64,000 nucleotides of DNA, taken from assembly GCA_950097015.1 (NCBI GenBank), contig CATNEN010000001.1, positions 16,740,001 through 16,804,000 on the forward strand, given 5' to 3'. How positions within the stretch are numbered: the first letter of the stretch is position 1; the number at the start of each line of letters is the position of its first letter. The notes beneath the pieces are model-generated. The model saw nothing but the letters and a program-made list of their open reading frames with translations, was not told the origin of the DNA and ran no database searches. The DNA is from Macrostomum hystrix (taxonomy: Eukaryota > Animalia > Platyhelminthes). Both the position numbers and the translations under genes were made by a program. Below, in pieces: positions 23,021 to 38,000 of the stretch.

Positions 23021-26000
23021 CTATTCTTTCGCGGAAGAGTCAGTCTCGCCGTTCTCCCTCGGTGTTAGCGAGGTCTCCTCAGGAATCTTGGACTCTGTGC
23101 TGACGGTGTTGGTCTTGGCCAGCTCCACGTTGGCTTGAATCATCTCGTGCATGTCTTCGAAAGCCTGACGGAGGGCCTGGCCATACCGGAGAGCTGAGAT
23201 GTCCGGATTAGGGCAATCGCGCCAGCACGAGATGCAGGCCACAATGCTGTCCGTGTGCAGATTGTAGGCGGCACCGTAGCCGTTTGGTACCACAGCGCCG
23301 TAGCAGATCAGGGCGTCCGTTGTGGTGGACACCTGTGCGATTGATGTGGACCGGAGACGCCGGAGAGGGTATCAGTCGAATGTATCTAATAGATATAAGA
23401 TATATATATGATAAGATAATATAATATAATAGATAATCTAATAGATATAAGATATATATATGATAAGATAATATAATATAATAGATAATCTAATAGATAT
23501 AAGATATATATATGATAAGATAATATAATATAATATATAGATAATATATGTATCTGTATCTAACTTGTATCTATTCTGTATCTATTTTGTATCTACTTGA
23601 ACATCAAATCCGTATATAACTATAGTATCTAACTAGTAGTAATGTAGATCACAAACGTCCAGATACAACCGGTATCACGATGTTCAAGCTAACATAATCT
23701 AACAATAAAATGAAGCGTGAATCAAAGCCGGAAAAAGCCGGAAAGTTTGTCTCACCTGACTAGTGGACAATCGGAACTGGTTGCACTCCACGTAGACGGG
23801 GTCCGTGAACAGGTCCGGCATGCTGCCCATCACCGACTGGGCGGTGACACGCAAGCCCAGCATGTGATTGTCGACCCCGTGGCCTAGGATTGTCTTGAGC
23901 ATGTGCTCAGTCTGGTGCTCGATGGCTTCGCGAAGTAGCTTGAGCTTTTGCTCAGCCTGGTATGAAAAAAATGAGTAGTCTTTTAATCAGTAAAATTATT
24001 TATCAATATAAAAGGTATCTCACCGTAGCCTTGACGTCACCCTCCATGGCTTTGACCCACTGAAGTGCGGCCATGGTGGCCGAGTGAATGACGTCCACCC
24101 GACCCAGGTGAAATCGACGAATTGAGGCGCTCTCGTAAGTTGGCACCAGGTATTTGTGCACCCTAATGGTTTTTTGGCAAATTTTTTAGCTGATTATTAA
24201 ACACTATAATCGCAAGAAATTAAAATAAGGCATGACTAATTGATCCAGCTTAGCTGATTGGCTAGAGGACCAACCACCTCACTCCTCTCTAGTCCGGCAT
24301 CCACCCCACTCCAGTTTTGTCCGACACACACCCCAATTTTCCGCGGAGAACGACACCCATCCCACTCCACGTCATCGGCTCCCCACCTCATTCTTCCGCA
24401 GTCTGACACCCACCCCAATTTTCCGCGGAGAATGACACCCACCCCACTCCCCGGCGCATCACAAACACCTCTATCTCGAGCCAATCAACGAATACTGACT
24501 AAAATAGTTCTTTTTGACTGATAATGATAAAAAATGAAAACACTGACTTGTAATGCGCCAACTGCAGTGCCAACTGGACGAACGAGTCGGGGCTCATGTT
24601 CACCGTTTTTGGATACTCTCGGCCAAACATGTCGAAGCGTAAAATGTAGAGATCCAGATCGTCTACTAGCCTGAAAGAGTTTTAAGAATTCGGATTGCAA
24701 TTATAGCTAAGACGTAGGTGGTTATTGTTTGAGATTTCTCGTTCATTCACAGCTTTAAGATATCTTTAAATATATGTTTTCTGCTAGATGTTACTTGTCA
24801 GATATCACTTATTACAAATCGCTTGTTGGATAACACCTGCTAGATATACACATGTTAGATACCATAATACCATATGTTAGATACCACGTTTTAATGCCAT
24901 ATGTTAGATAACACCTGTTAGATAAACAAATTTTAGATAACACCTGTTAGATAACACCTGTCAGATAACACCTGTTAGAAAGCACCTGTTATATAACACC
25001 TGTTGGATTGCACCTGTTAGATAACACCTGCTAGATATACACATGTTAGATACCATAATACCATATGTTAGATACCACGTTTTAATGCCATATGTTAGAT
25101 AACACCTGTTAGATAAACAAATTTTAGATAACACCTGTTAGATAACACCTGTCAGATAACACCTGTTAGATAACACCTGTTGGATAACACCTGTTAGATA
25201 ACACCTGTTGGATAACACCTGTTAGATAGCACCTGTTAGATTGTACCTGTTAGAAAACACCTGTTAGATAAACACATTTTAGATAACACATGTTAGATAG
25301 CACCTTTTAGATAACACCTGTTAGAAAACACATGTTAGATAGCACCTGTTAGATAACACCTGTTGAATAACACCTGTTAGATAACACCTGTTAGATAACA
25401 CCTGTTAGATTGCACCTGTTAGATAGGACCTGTTAGATAAGACCTGCTAGATAGCACCTGTTAGATAACACATGTTAGATAGCACCTGTTAGATAAACAC
25501 ATTTTAGATAACACATGTTAGATAGCACCTTTTAGATAACACCTGTTGGATAACACCTGTTAGATAGCACCTGTTAGATTGCACCTGTTAGAAAACACCT
25601 GTTAGAAAAACCTGTTAGATAGCACCTGTTGGATAACACCTGTTAGATAACACCTGTTGGATAACACCTGTTAGATAACACCTGTTAGATTGCACCTGTT
25701 AGATAGGACCTGTTAGATAACACCTGTTAGATAGCACCTGTTATATAACACCTGTTGGATTGCACCTGTCAGACATTAGAGCATAGCTCACTTGTCAATC
25801 TCTCGCAGGCCATTCTCCACGTGTTCAACGGTCTGCTTGTCGATGTGCCAGTCCAACTTTTGCGGATGCGGCAGATCGCAGATGGACGGAAATCTTCTCA
25901 GCCGTTTTGTCTTCATCTCCTCCCTGGTTTGGTTTGAGGTGGTACGTGTTTTCTGAATCCTTTAAGGGGAAATCTACTAAAATTCACGAGAAAACTGTGA

Positions 26001-29000
26001 CTTTTCAGAGTAATAAAATATGTACGGCTTTAATAAAGCAATATATTTTTAAACATTTTATATTGCAAGCATTGCAGTGATGAGTTCATTTGATAGGCAA
26101 AGTTTTTTGTAACACATTTTGCTGCGAGAAATCAATGTGACAAAGTAGTGACTTTTTTAGGGAATTTTTTAAATATTTTGTTATAAAAAATTGTCACCTT
26201 CTAGTCAACATGTCACCTATTAGACAGAATTTTTTCCTGTTAGACAACAATGTCACTTCACCTGTTAGACAGGAGTGTCACCTGTTAGACTAGAGTGTCA
26301 CCTGTTAGACAGGATTGTGTAATCTGTAAGACAGAAGACATTTCTGTGAGACAGAAATTTCCGATAAAATGTCTTGCCCATCAAAAATTTCAAACAAACT
26401 TGTGACAGTGCCAAAGATTTGTGCCAAAAGCGAATCAGCATAATAACTAAAAGTGAAAAAATTCGTCATCCATAATCATCTCTCTAGGTCGAGAAATTTT
26501 CAAATTTTGTTTAAACCAGCCAAACAAACATGAACTTACGGTATCACTTGGCCGACATTGTGTTGAGCATCACTGCAGCATCATCATGCGAATACAATGC
26601 AGTATATACGATGCATGAGAGTAAATCTTTTAAGGACAATGCATTCTCTGAATCTAAAGACGTACATCATGTACACAAACGTATAATACGTTAAAAACTG
26701 CGTAGAAAAAATACGGTTTTAACACGCCGCATAAACGATTTGCGAAAGAACAGTGCTTTAGATTGCGCAATGTTCAGAGACTATCACATAACTAAGCGCT
26801 TACTAATAGAAAAAAAATATTATTAATGTACGAGTATTATATCGGATCTTTAGACTTTTATGTAGAAATTCACGATTGAAATTTACGGAAAATTGTAATT
26901 TCTAATAATTTTTTGCCAAATCTGGTTTGCTTTAATTAGTGGGAAAGTATATGGATATTAAAAAACAAGGAGTGTATTAAAAATTCTCTCTGATTATTAG
27001 GTCTCAAAAGAAAGTGTTTCCAGAAAGTCTAGTTTTAGAGAAGGTAGGTTGATGGAAAATTGTGATTTCATGTCAATTTATTACTTGAGAAGAAGTGGAT
27101 TTTTTTTAGAGAAAATGAGTCTTAGAAAAAGTGGGACCTAAGAAAATGTAATTCTGCGAAAAAAAAGTGTAATTCTTAAAAGTTGTGAATTAAAATAATA
27201 ATAAAAATAAATAATTAAATAAATTAGAAGGGATTTAATAAAATAATTAAATAGTTAAAAAATAGGGATTTTCAGAAGAAAGAATTTGAAGAAAAAATTA
27301 TATTTTTAGAGAATTGAGATTTTTTATTAGGATTTGTAGATCTTTATAATTCTAGGAGAAAATCGTGACTTTTTGAAAATCGAGAACTTCAGATAAATTG
27401 AAACTTTTAATTTTGTTCGTTTTGTGATTGTTCGGTAATTCGCTAGTATTCTAGTCAACAAACTCAACGGGAACCACATAAATGAGCTCTAAGGCTTACA
27501 TAAACATTACGTTGCCATATCAGCATCATGAAGGGGTCACTAATCAATCGCTGCTGCATGCACTTACTGTTTGCCTGCATCCGCTGGCTGTCCATTGTCA
27601 TCATCGATTGCCGCAGCACTTTGTTTTAACAAAAAATTTAACGATATTTTTTAAGATTACCGCATTGGTGGATTTTAATTGGCAGCAGCAATGAAAAATC
27701 ATTGGGTAAAATTAACACAGTGGTAAAGCATAAAATATTTTTTATTAAAATGAACTTAAATGTCGACTTTGCTACTATAAGCAGTAGCAAATATTTCTAT
27801 ACTAGAAAATAATTTACTTACATGTAAGCCAAGATGTGCTCGATAAGTTTGATCACTGCAATGCCTTCGCTAACCGAATGCTCGTAGTTTAGTCCCGTGT
27901 TGCCATCAGCAGAGACCACGAACTGAAATCACAGTTTTAGAGATGCCAAGTGATACCTGTTGCATATATTAGAGATTGATAACTGTTACAATAGGATTGA
28001 TACCTGTTATTAGGGATGATACCTGTTATTAGGGATGATACCTGTAACAAAAACGATGATACCTGTCGCATACATTAGCTACATTAGGAGTTGTACCAGT
28101 TAATTAAGAGCTGTTTCCTGTTGCACTTATAGGTTTTATACCTGTTAAATACTGAGGTGTTATGCCTGTTCAGCACAGTTCAGAATTGCTAGGATTTAGC
28201 AACAAAAACTAATGGCGATTGAGTGAACTTTAGGCAAAAGTACACAACTATTTTAACGAGTGAACGGATTGAGTCTAGTTGAGTTGTGGCCAGTTAAGCT
28301 AACAAGAAAGGGCTATACTCAAATCAGTTTCTTGGCTTTCTAAATTAGTGCCAAAAATGCTTCGGTTTGGAGATAATTATAGGGAGTTTGTAGCATTGGT
28401 TGGATCGGAAAAAATGAGCTCTTAACGATGTTTCAAATTGTTAAGCCCGTAACTTTGAGCAGGCTACAATGATCTCAAAAAAGTTTTTTCTTAACCTAAA
28501 AACTCTGCACTTTATTATGCCTTAAGCTATTCATTCTACTCGAAAATTATCCCCTAAGCTACTCAATCTACTCAATAATCGTCCTCTCTGAAGCTACTCA
28601 ATCTACTCGAGAATTATCCTCTCTGAAGCTACTCAATCTACTCGAGAATTATCCTTTCTGAAGCTACTCAATCTACTCGAGAATTATCCCCTCTGAAGCT
28701 ACTCAATCTACTCGAGAATTATCCTCTCTGAAGCTACTCAATCTACTCGAGAATTATCCTCTCTGAAGCTACTCAATCTACTCGAGAATTATCCTTTCTG
28801 AAGCTACTCAATCTACTCGAGAATTATCCTCTCTGAAGCTACTCAATCTACTCGAGAATTATCCCCTCTGAAGCTACTCAATCTACTCGAGAATTATCCT
28901 CTCTGAAGCTACTCAATCTAACCCGAAATTCTCAAACCAACCTCAACCTCACATCAGGTCTCACCTGCATTGTCTTGTCGTACCACCTGTTGGCTCCATT

Positions 29001-32000
29001 GTGCTTGCTGCCCATTCCATGGAGCAGTTGCAGCGACCGGTTGGTGTCATCGCGAACGCCAGCAGCAGTCAGCTCCGAGCTGGTCTCGTGGTTGAAGCTG
29101 GCGTCGATTGGCTTGTCCAGACACAAGATGAAACACGAGCGCTCGATTAGGTCCAGGTTCGCTTTGTTCTTCGGGTCTGCATCAAGCAGTTGCGTTTGAT
29201 TTGAGTTGAGGGTTGAGTAGATTTGAGTATGGTAGATTATTTGAATGGGGTAGATTTGAGTTTGAGTAGTTTTGAGTTAGGTAGATTTTGAGTAGATTAG
29301 GGCATTTATGAGATTATAAAGCGAGAATTATGATTAAAGGGCTTGAAACAAGTGACTTTCTTAGATACAACATCTTCTTTGAGTTTGTTGTGAGCAGAAA
29401 ATTGAAGCAGTCTTGCTTGCTTGAGTTGTTAACTTTACTAAGTTGTCGAGAATAAAACATTGCAGCTCAAATTGGTATTTTTTAGTCGGTAGTAGACTTA
29501 AGGCTGACCATTAATTATTGATGACGTGTGGGCGCTTTTTCAACGCTGCTCCACCCACCAGACAACTAGTGAATGTCGATTTATTTCAGCTTAATTTATC
29601 CGATGTCAGCTAAACCAAAACCAGGGACTAAAATTGGGACAAAGTGTTTTAATCGAATTAACAAACTATAAATATACAGAGATAGGGCTTTGCTGAAAAT
29701 ATTTATTCCGAATCTGATCATCTGATCCAAAACTTTCAAACGACTTAAAAACCCAAACCTGGATTTGGCTTCGAGGCTTGTCGTGCAATTTACGACTTCG
29801 AGGGCCAACCTCCAACCCACAGGGCGATTGCCTGACGATGAGATGGTCAGGGCAGATGTACACACCTGTGTGAGCGTATGCCTGCCTACTAGTATGCCTG
29901 CACATTAGTCTGTGAGTGTGCTCAGGAGAAGGGTGAGTGGCAAAGCGGTTAACGCGTCTGCCTCTTGCACCAAGGTCCCTGGGCTCGATTCCATGGCGAG
30001 GCCACATAAAATTGGGGCGCAGCCGCTGAGAGAAGGCTTGGGGGCTTGTCGTGCAATTTGCGCCCTTGAGGGCCAACCTCCAAGGCATTGTGAGAGTGCG
30101 CACTGCCTGACGATGAGAAGGTCAGGGCAGATATACACACCTGTGTGAGTGTGTGCTCAGGAGTCAAGCAAAATGGGCGGAATTGCCTTCTCGTCGGCTG
30201 AGGGTCTAGTGCCACCAAATAATGCATTGCATTGTACGCTCGTGAGCAGAGGAAGCGGCTGCAGCTGCAATGATCTCAAACCTTTGCTCAGATGCTCCCT
30301 GGCCTCGGCCCACTGCTTTCGCCTGTCAGAGGTGAGCACACCTAGCCTGGTCGGATTCGGACAGGTGTTCGCGTCCTTGGCTATGCGGCGCAGCTGATTG
30401 TAGATATCTTCCTCGCTTAGAAGCTCCTTGCTGCTTGTCATCACATTCATCACGTAGAACTGTGAAAATGGTTTGGAGGTCAATTAGAGAACTTGAAGTG
30501 ATGGCTTTTGGTACGAGGTAATAAAACAAATAGATTTGATTTGTTAGATTCAAGACAATGAGATTTGGTAGACTCAAGACAATGACATTTGGTAGATTCT
30601 ACGAGCTAGATAATGAGATTTGGTAGACTCAAGACAATGAGATTTGGTAGACTGAAGACAATGCGATTTGGTAGACTCAAGACAATGCGATTTGGTAGAC
30701 TCAAGACAATGAGATTTGGTAGACTCAAGACAATGAGATTTGGTAGACTCAAGACAATGAGATTTGGTAGACTCAAGACAATGAGATTTGGTAGACTCAA
30801 GACAATGATATTTGGTAGATTCTAGGCAATGAGATTTGGTAGACTCAAGACAATGAGATTTGGTAGACTCAAGACAATGAGATTTGGTAGACTCAAGACA
30901 ATGAGATTTGGTAGATTCTAGATAATGAGATTTGGTAGACTCAAGACAATGAGATTTGGTAGACTCAAGACAATGAGATTTGGTAGAATAAAGACGTGAA
31001 TTTTTTTGGTTCAAGACAATGAGACTTATTTATTTAGTTTCTCGTGCTCTTTTAATATTCTTTCTTCCAGGCCTAACAAATCTGCTAACAATGCAACTTT
31101 CACACTCGAGAAAACTTTCTGAGTGCAGACAGCCACACTGGCCCATTGCTCCAATTTGGTACTGGTCATGCGTGTCTCCGCATTGTGCTTAGATGAGTTA
31201 AAATGCATTAACAATGCATGCAGATAGAATACCGGGCTGGCCTCTAGTGGAAATGTGGACATTGTGATGTGGCGAGAGAAGTATTGAAAAAATGTCTAAC
31301 CACTTTGTAAATTCAGGCGCTATTTAATGATGCAACAATGGAGCCGGGTATAGCGCAGAAAAAGTGCAATGGAATTCTCGTGCGCGCAGCGATCAGCATT
31401 TTACCTGATCATTGCAGGCCACAATGACGTACTCGGGATCAAACGGGTCCCGGTCCAGATTGAGGATCTGCTGATCTTTCTCACGCCCGGGACGTCGATA
31501 AGATGAGAACAGGCGATAGTACTGCTCCATGCACAATGGCTGGCCTTTGCGGTGATGTCGAACCCGTTCAACTGGTAGATTGCGGCTGCGGTTGTCAAGA
31601 AACGGATTCTATGCACAAATATTACTTTCGACATAATAATAATAGAGGGTGAGCGGCAGAGCTGTTGAGGGCTGACCTCAAAGGCACAGTGTGAAAGTTA
31701 CTGCCTGACGATGAGAAAGTCACGGGGAGATGTCCACACCTGTGTGCGTGTGCTCAGGAGTCAGCGAAATGGGCAGAATTGCCTCCTCGCTGGCTGCGGG
31801 TCTAGTGTCACCAATTGATGTTCCGTTACCTGCAGCCCTCCTGCAATTATTAATACTGATAAACTTTATAACAATTTGCTTTGTTAGAACACTCCAACGT
31901 AGATCGATAAGGTATGAGAGTCGTCGTGAACATCGACTTTTTGGTGTGAGAGTTAATACTTCAATGAGATTTGATTGGATTAAGGCATGCAATAGTTTTC

Positions 32001-35000
32001 ATTTTAGATGAAGATGATTAACAATTTGTCAGAACTCTGATGAAAGAATTCGGCTCCTATGAAGTCCACTGGCTCGAAAATAAATTTTCCGCTCAAATAG
32101 AAGACGACCCGTGGCCAACCTTGGTCACACCGACTGACTGACCAATTAAGCGGCGAGTTTTCTAGGACTTTGAAAGATGGGGACTAGAGGACGAACCCGT
32201 GGAGCAATGCAAAGTTCCAGTAGGATGGGAAAAAGCCGAGAAAGCAGCGAGAAAGGAAAATTCCCCCCTCCGCCCCAGTTTTGCAAAGATAATGAAAAGA
32301 CGGACTTTGGGCATTCAAGTTGCAGATTTGAAATAACTCACAGCCAGAACGCATGCCGGCCTCTTAATTAGCGGCCCTGAATTCGCGATTGCCAGAAAAA
32401 AAGGAAAAAATCATAGCAGTGACCTGCTTGAGACTTGAGCACAATTGCTCAGCTGAGATTGGCAAGTTGCAAGGCCTACGGAGAGAAATAGCTTCAGAAG
32501 ATGGAAATATAAAAGAGGATTAATGCTAAGTATATGCGCGCCCAATAGCCGAGAACTCAGAGTCTTAATTAGGAAGTCAAGTCCATATTTGACTGCTCTA
32601 ACTCGAAGCCAGCTCAAGGGGGACCCGAACATTGCAGGCCACTTACTCGTCCAATATGGTTTTGTAGTCAAAGATCCCGGTAATCAGCTGAGCCGCAAAT
32701 CTGCAATGAAGAAAAAGAAAAAGATAAATGAGATCATCAGGTAAAGGTAGCTGGCACTTCATGCTAATGTGAGTTAGGCAAAAAGAAAGTAGCTAGTATC
32801 GTGTCCCGATGGATGGCAATCAGGAGACTTTTTGTCTGACAAATTTCGAAGCAATTATACCGCTGAGAACTTGCTCAATGCTCCGACAGATCTAGAGCCC
32901 TGCCGCCCGCAGTAGGCTTTGATAACTTCACCGTGCAACCCAGTGCATTATTTGCCAGATTGATCCTTCGACTTACAGACTGTCTGGTGGACCAGTTTTG
33001 AGCTAGATTTCTGCTCTGACCAAAAGTTTCTCGGCAAAATTGGCTACACACACTTTGAGAGGCCGAATGGAGCCTCGGTGGAAGAGCAGGAAGTGGCAGC
33101 AATTTTCCGAGTAGCAATTAAGTTTCCAACAAGCTCGGCTTGGCCCCCCAGGGAATCTGGCGGGGAGATTGAGTGACTGACCGTTGTAAAAATCAGAGCT
33201 CACAGGAAATATATTGGCCTCAGCAACAGCTCTTCTCGATCTTGCCAACCTACGATTCTCTGAAAGTCGATCCTGGGATCGAGGATGAACCCCAAGCAGT
33301 GCAATCTGTTATCTAAGCGCGGTCGTATTTGCTCAACTTTCCCCCTTGTATCTGATTGTCTGTTCGCGAGATGGCAAAGAAAATGTTTCAGTTTCAGTTG
33401 TGTCGGGTCTAAGGGATTGGAGTCGTTCAGATACGAAGTAAGCTCACATGGCAACTCAGTTAGATAAATAATTATTGCAGCTTCGAGTTTCGAGCTCTAC
33501 ACATTTCAATGACAGTCGACCATACCGTTGACTCCTGAGCACACGCATACACAAGTGTGTATAAATGACTTTCTGAATTATTCATCTGCCAAGCCTTGTC
33601 TCCGCGGCTGCGCATCAAAAGGATGAAGAGAGTCGCCGCCATGCTACTCACTCCAAGAAAAATCGGCGTTGTTTAATCCGGTAAAATCTTGGCGGATTCT
33701 GAAGGAGTTAGACTTTTACTTTCAAAGCTTCGATAGAAATCGTACTTTTCTGTGTCTTTTAGCCAGTTGAGTCTTTGTCAAGTATGAGGTAACTAAGTCT
33801 TCAATCTTGGACATAAGGGACAGCACATTGTTGATGGATTCCTTGCATATAGTCCGGTGAGTTTGCCAGACGCAAACACGCAGCTCTTGCGGTTCTCCTT
33901 GCAACTTCGAAGTTGTGCCGGGCCTTTCTTCAACTTGTCCCTGAGAGCCAGACAGGAGGTAGACTCAGAAAAAAAGAGAAACTTTCGTTCTGATTTTCGG
34001 CCATAGCATCGTAGAGATATAATCGACAAGCGAAGGCGCCAGAGAATCCGCAATGAGAAATTGGGACGCGAATGAGAAAAAAATCGCAGACATGCCACAT
34101 CGCCGGGTCACGCAAGCGTTGGGCGCATCGATACAGATATAGGGGCGAGTGTGTGAGACCTAGAAAAGGACACTGGAACAACAACAGACACTGGAGAGGG
34201 CCCGCATACACTTGGCAGTGACGGGGCTGGCAGGCTAAGGGACAGCAATCCGGACAGCGTCGAGCAATCAACGCCACAACGCACGCTCAAATGGTTAATG
34301 AAGTTGTCAAGGGCGGAGCATAGTTGGGCTTAGCTCTCGTTTATCTCCGGTGAAGTAGGTCGAGAAAGAGAAGAGTGGAGAGGCCAGCGTTGGTGATGGG
34401 TGGTTAGTCGCACTGTCTTCTGGCGTTGGGTCAATTTACCCGCCGGCCGCATACTTACAGTCACACACGGGGGAGGGTCTGGCTGTGTGTCTTCCCTTGG
34501 AATAGGCCTAGGCCGCTGTGTTCCACTTCATTTGCATTTAATTTCGAGCTCCGAGCTGCCCGAGCGCCGGGTGCGACCGAGAAAACACGAATGGCCACCT
34601 CACTCGGCACCGGTCCGCACTCTCCTTCTCTCTCCTTAATTCACTTATCCCAACGCTCTCGACCAAGTCCGAGGATGGGGCATGGGAACAGGCAGCGGCC
34701 CAGTCGGTGGCATGCATCCCTCGAGTTTGCGCCGCCGTGTAACAGAGACAGACAGCAACGAAGAAAGCGCCGAGTAAAGTGAAAGCCACACGCTGGACTA
34801 AAGGGGGTCATGTGCGGTTTTGCACGAAGGACCTCTTGGTCCCGGGGCTAAGAGTAAGTAAGCATACAGTTAGAGAGCTCAGGTTCGAGAACTGGCGATT
34901 CGTGCCTAGCGACAAATTGTCCGGCCTGCTCTCGAGTTTCGTTGAGCTCATGCATCCCATCCCCCTCATCCTTGCCCGAGCTGTCCTCTTGTTACTTCTT

Positions 35001-38000
35001 CTTCTGTTCGGACAGTTTGTTATTGACTGTATCTTTGTGCGTGTCTGGACCGGCACAACCGAACACGACAGCACAACAGTCCCTAGACTGCCGATCGGGC
35101 ACTTTTGTAGCGAACTCAACCAACCCGCGCCTCAGTAAGCGGCTCGGATCAGGATCTTTTAGGGTTTTTCAAAACAAAATGGCACAACAAAGTAGACGAT
35201 TGATTCAATCCAGACTTTTCTTTTGCTTTGGCTTCTAGATACAATCACCGGGTAGAAAGGCAGGCAGGATTGGAATTTTAATGCTCAGTGTGATTGAAAT
35301 CTTGTGTTTTTGGCTCGCTTCACTTTCAAATAAATTGCTTCAATTCTCTTTTTTGATTAAAAATCTTAGAATTCTTCATCTGATTTCCGCTCACGAAATA
35401 TTTTATCGAGGTCTGACGACGGCAGATATAAACGCATTGTCGCTAGTGCCGAATGATGAAAAGCTAGATTAGGTTTCTGAGCAAATTTAGGCGCAGAAAA
35501 TTTCATGTACAGTGGGAATTAACAAGGCTTGGAAACAATTTAGCTTGAAAGAGTTAAAAAACGAATTCTTTTAATTCGATCAGTAGACTGGCGTCTCTGT
35601 CGCGAAAAACTCGTGTAGCGAAAGTTCTTCCAGATCTGTAATCTGCGGCAAGGCCTCACTATTTCGGGGAGTGAGAATGTACACTGCTTGCCGATTAGAA
35701 AGTCCGAGAAAGGTGTTCACCCCTGTGTGAGTGTGTACATTCCCTGTAAGTGCTGTTGTTTTTCATTACTTGCCATCTTTAGGTAGCTCGTAAACACAAC
35801 AGAAAATTCTCATACAGGCTTGTGATTCTGGTGTGCATTTGACCTGTTTTACTGTGGCTTGATGTTTCTGGCAGCTATAGTTGTCCCTGATCAAGTTTAT
35901 TCGTTAGTTTGCTAATTTCAAAATATTGCTCACAATATGAATGGACAAGGAGTGGCGTACGATGACAAAACTGCAGCACTCCCGAGTGCAGCACTAGCAG
36001 GGTCGTTACCTAGATCCCGTCTCTCTGTCGCATTGCTCATCCTAAGCTTCACTCTACAAATCACTGCTTGATTATAGGCTGGGGTAGGTTGTAACGCTAT
36101 AGAAAATGTTTATAATTTTCTTCCGAACCTCACTATCAGCGAGGTGAATGGCAAACAGCTGTGAAGTTTTGCCGTGCCATTTGAGTCTATACTGCGGCTT
36201 TTGCATGCTTCAAACGTGCTCAACATCCAACGAAGCGGCAACGTGCCTCTGCTCAACCTACCTGCCTAATCATAGACCAGGCAACAGATGCTGTCTTCTA
36301 TTGGTCTAATCTATTCTCCCATCGATTTGTGACGACTGTCCTCGGGATAGGGTCCATCGCAATGTTCGTGTTCTGTCCATATGCAAGCGATGCCGAAATT
36401 ACTTTCCGAGCAAGAAATGTGGATTGAATATTTTCAGAAAACAATCGAAACCGTGTGTGCTTCGGTTAATTAACAAAAGAGATTTCTTCACGGCTGTCGA
36501 AATGACAAAATTACACTTGACGCACTTCGAGCTTCGTGTACTTGCTGCTGCCATTCTGTGTGTTCCCCCAGATTGATATTTTGCATAATTTTAAAAAGCT
36601 TTTGCTGTCATTTTCCAAAAGAACAGAATTGAACATGAGTTTCACAAAGCCAATTTGAGTCACCATTGTACAGCTTCTAAAGGCTGCGTACAGGTGTTCA
36701 GTCCATGGACTGAAGGACCAACCCCAAATTTAATTAACTTGAACCAATTAGGAATAAGACTTTTACGCAAGGATCATTTGAGCTACTTTAGGCGTCTCAC
36801 CGGAGCTGTTCTCGCTCGCTCTCAAAGCTGGTCCTGGGAAACACTAGGCCAGGGTTCGAATTCACAGGCAGGGGTAGCGGATTGCACAGGTACATGTCAT
36901 CAAGCCACCAGTCGCTGACCTGTAAAGTTTAAAGATTTAGTTTTTTATTTGTACACGATTCATTTTCGCACGCCTCCGCAAATTCTCACCGACGAAATTT
37001 CTTCGAGTTCCTGAATGTTTGTAAACACCTGAGTACACAGAATACTTTTTTCGAAAGGCCATTTTAAACTTATACAATAGACATAGACAATAGTCAAAGT
37101 CTCTATGCGCGTTCTGCTCACAGAACTAGGACTTTTATTATCCATTGTGGACAATGCAGCAAATGTTCCGTCTAAAGTGACATTCAGTTCAGAGCATCAT
37201 GCATCAAAAAAAATTTGCCAACCTTAGAGAACACCTTGCTCATGCTGCAGCCACTCTCTGAACAATGTTTGCAAGTGTGGAGGAGCCGGTCTAGACTTTT
37301 TTCTGAAACTTTTCTGTCTTACACTCGCGTGCCGGTGGCAGTCAAAATGAAATTAATTCAGCAATTACGAATTGTGCAACCCGATTCATGATTGAAAATA
37401 AAATGCTTATTTCGCTTCTTAAGCTTATTACCAACCCAACTCTCTCAGATAAAAATATTATGCAAAAAGCGTATTTAAAAAGTAATAATAATTGCAGCAG
37501 GGCTGCGGGAGTGGCACATCATTTGGTGACACTAGACCTGCAGCTAGCGAGGAGGCAATTCTGCCCATTCCGCTGACTCCTGAGCACACACGCACAAAGA
37601 TACTGTACGCAGGCATACACTCACACAGGGTGTGTACATCTGCCCTGACTTTCTCATCGTCTTGGAGGTTGGCCCTTAAGGGCGTAAATTGCTCGACAAG
37701 CCCCCGAGCCTTCTCTCCGCGGCTGTGCCCCAAATGAATGTGGCCTCACCACGGAATCGAGCTCAGGGACCTTGGTGCGAGAGCCAAACTCGTTAGACGC
37801 TCGGCCAGTCAACCCCTTATAAAGCATGGTTTGTTTGAATAATAGATTTTCTAAATGGCATTTGAATCTTTCCATTCGATAGCCTCCAGTTAGCCAGTTA
37901 TGCTTTTGTTCAAGGTAGGGTACTTCTCTTTCTGTCTACCAGTTTTAACAGAACATTTATTTATTCCAGAAATCAAATTGAAGCTGTCTTATCAGCTCGT

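Noticed and set aside
33146-33156. COE/UNC-3-like site (CCCCCAGGGA) in a ChAT intron
   Set aside because: A single degenerate match far from the presumed promoter, expected by chance.
33650-34100. Short minus-strand ORFs in ChAT intron 3 as extra ChAT exons
   Set aside because: The ChAT frame is complete without them and they show no acyltransferase similarity.
36850-36870. B-box-like GGGTTCGAATTC suggesting a tRNA or SINE
   Set aside because: It is the antisense of ChAT exon 3 (PVNSNPG).
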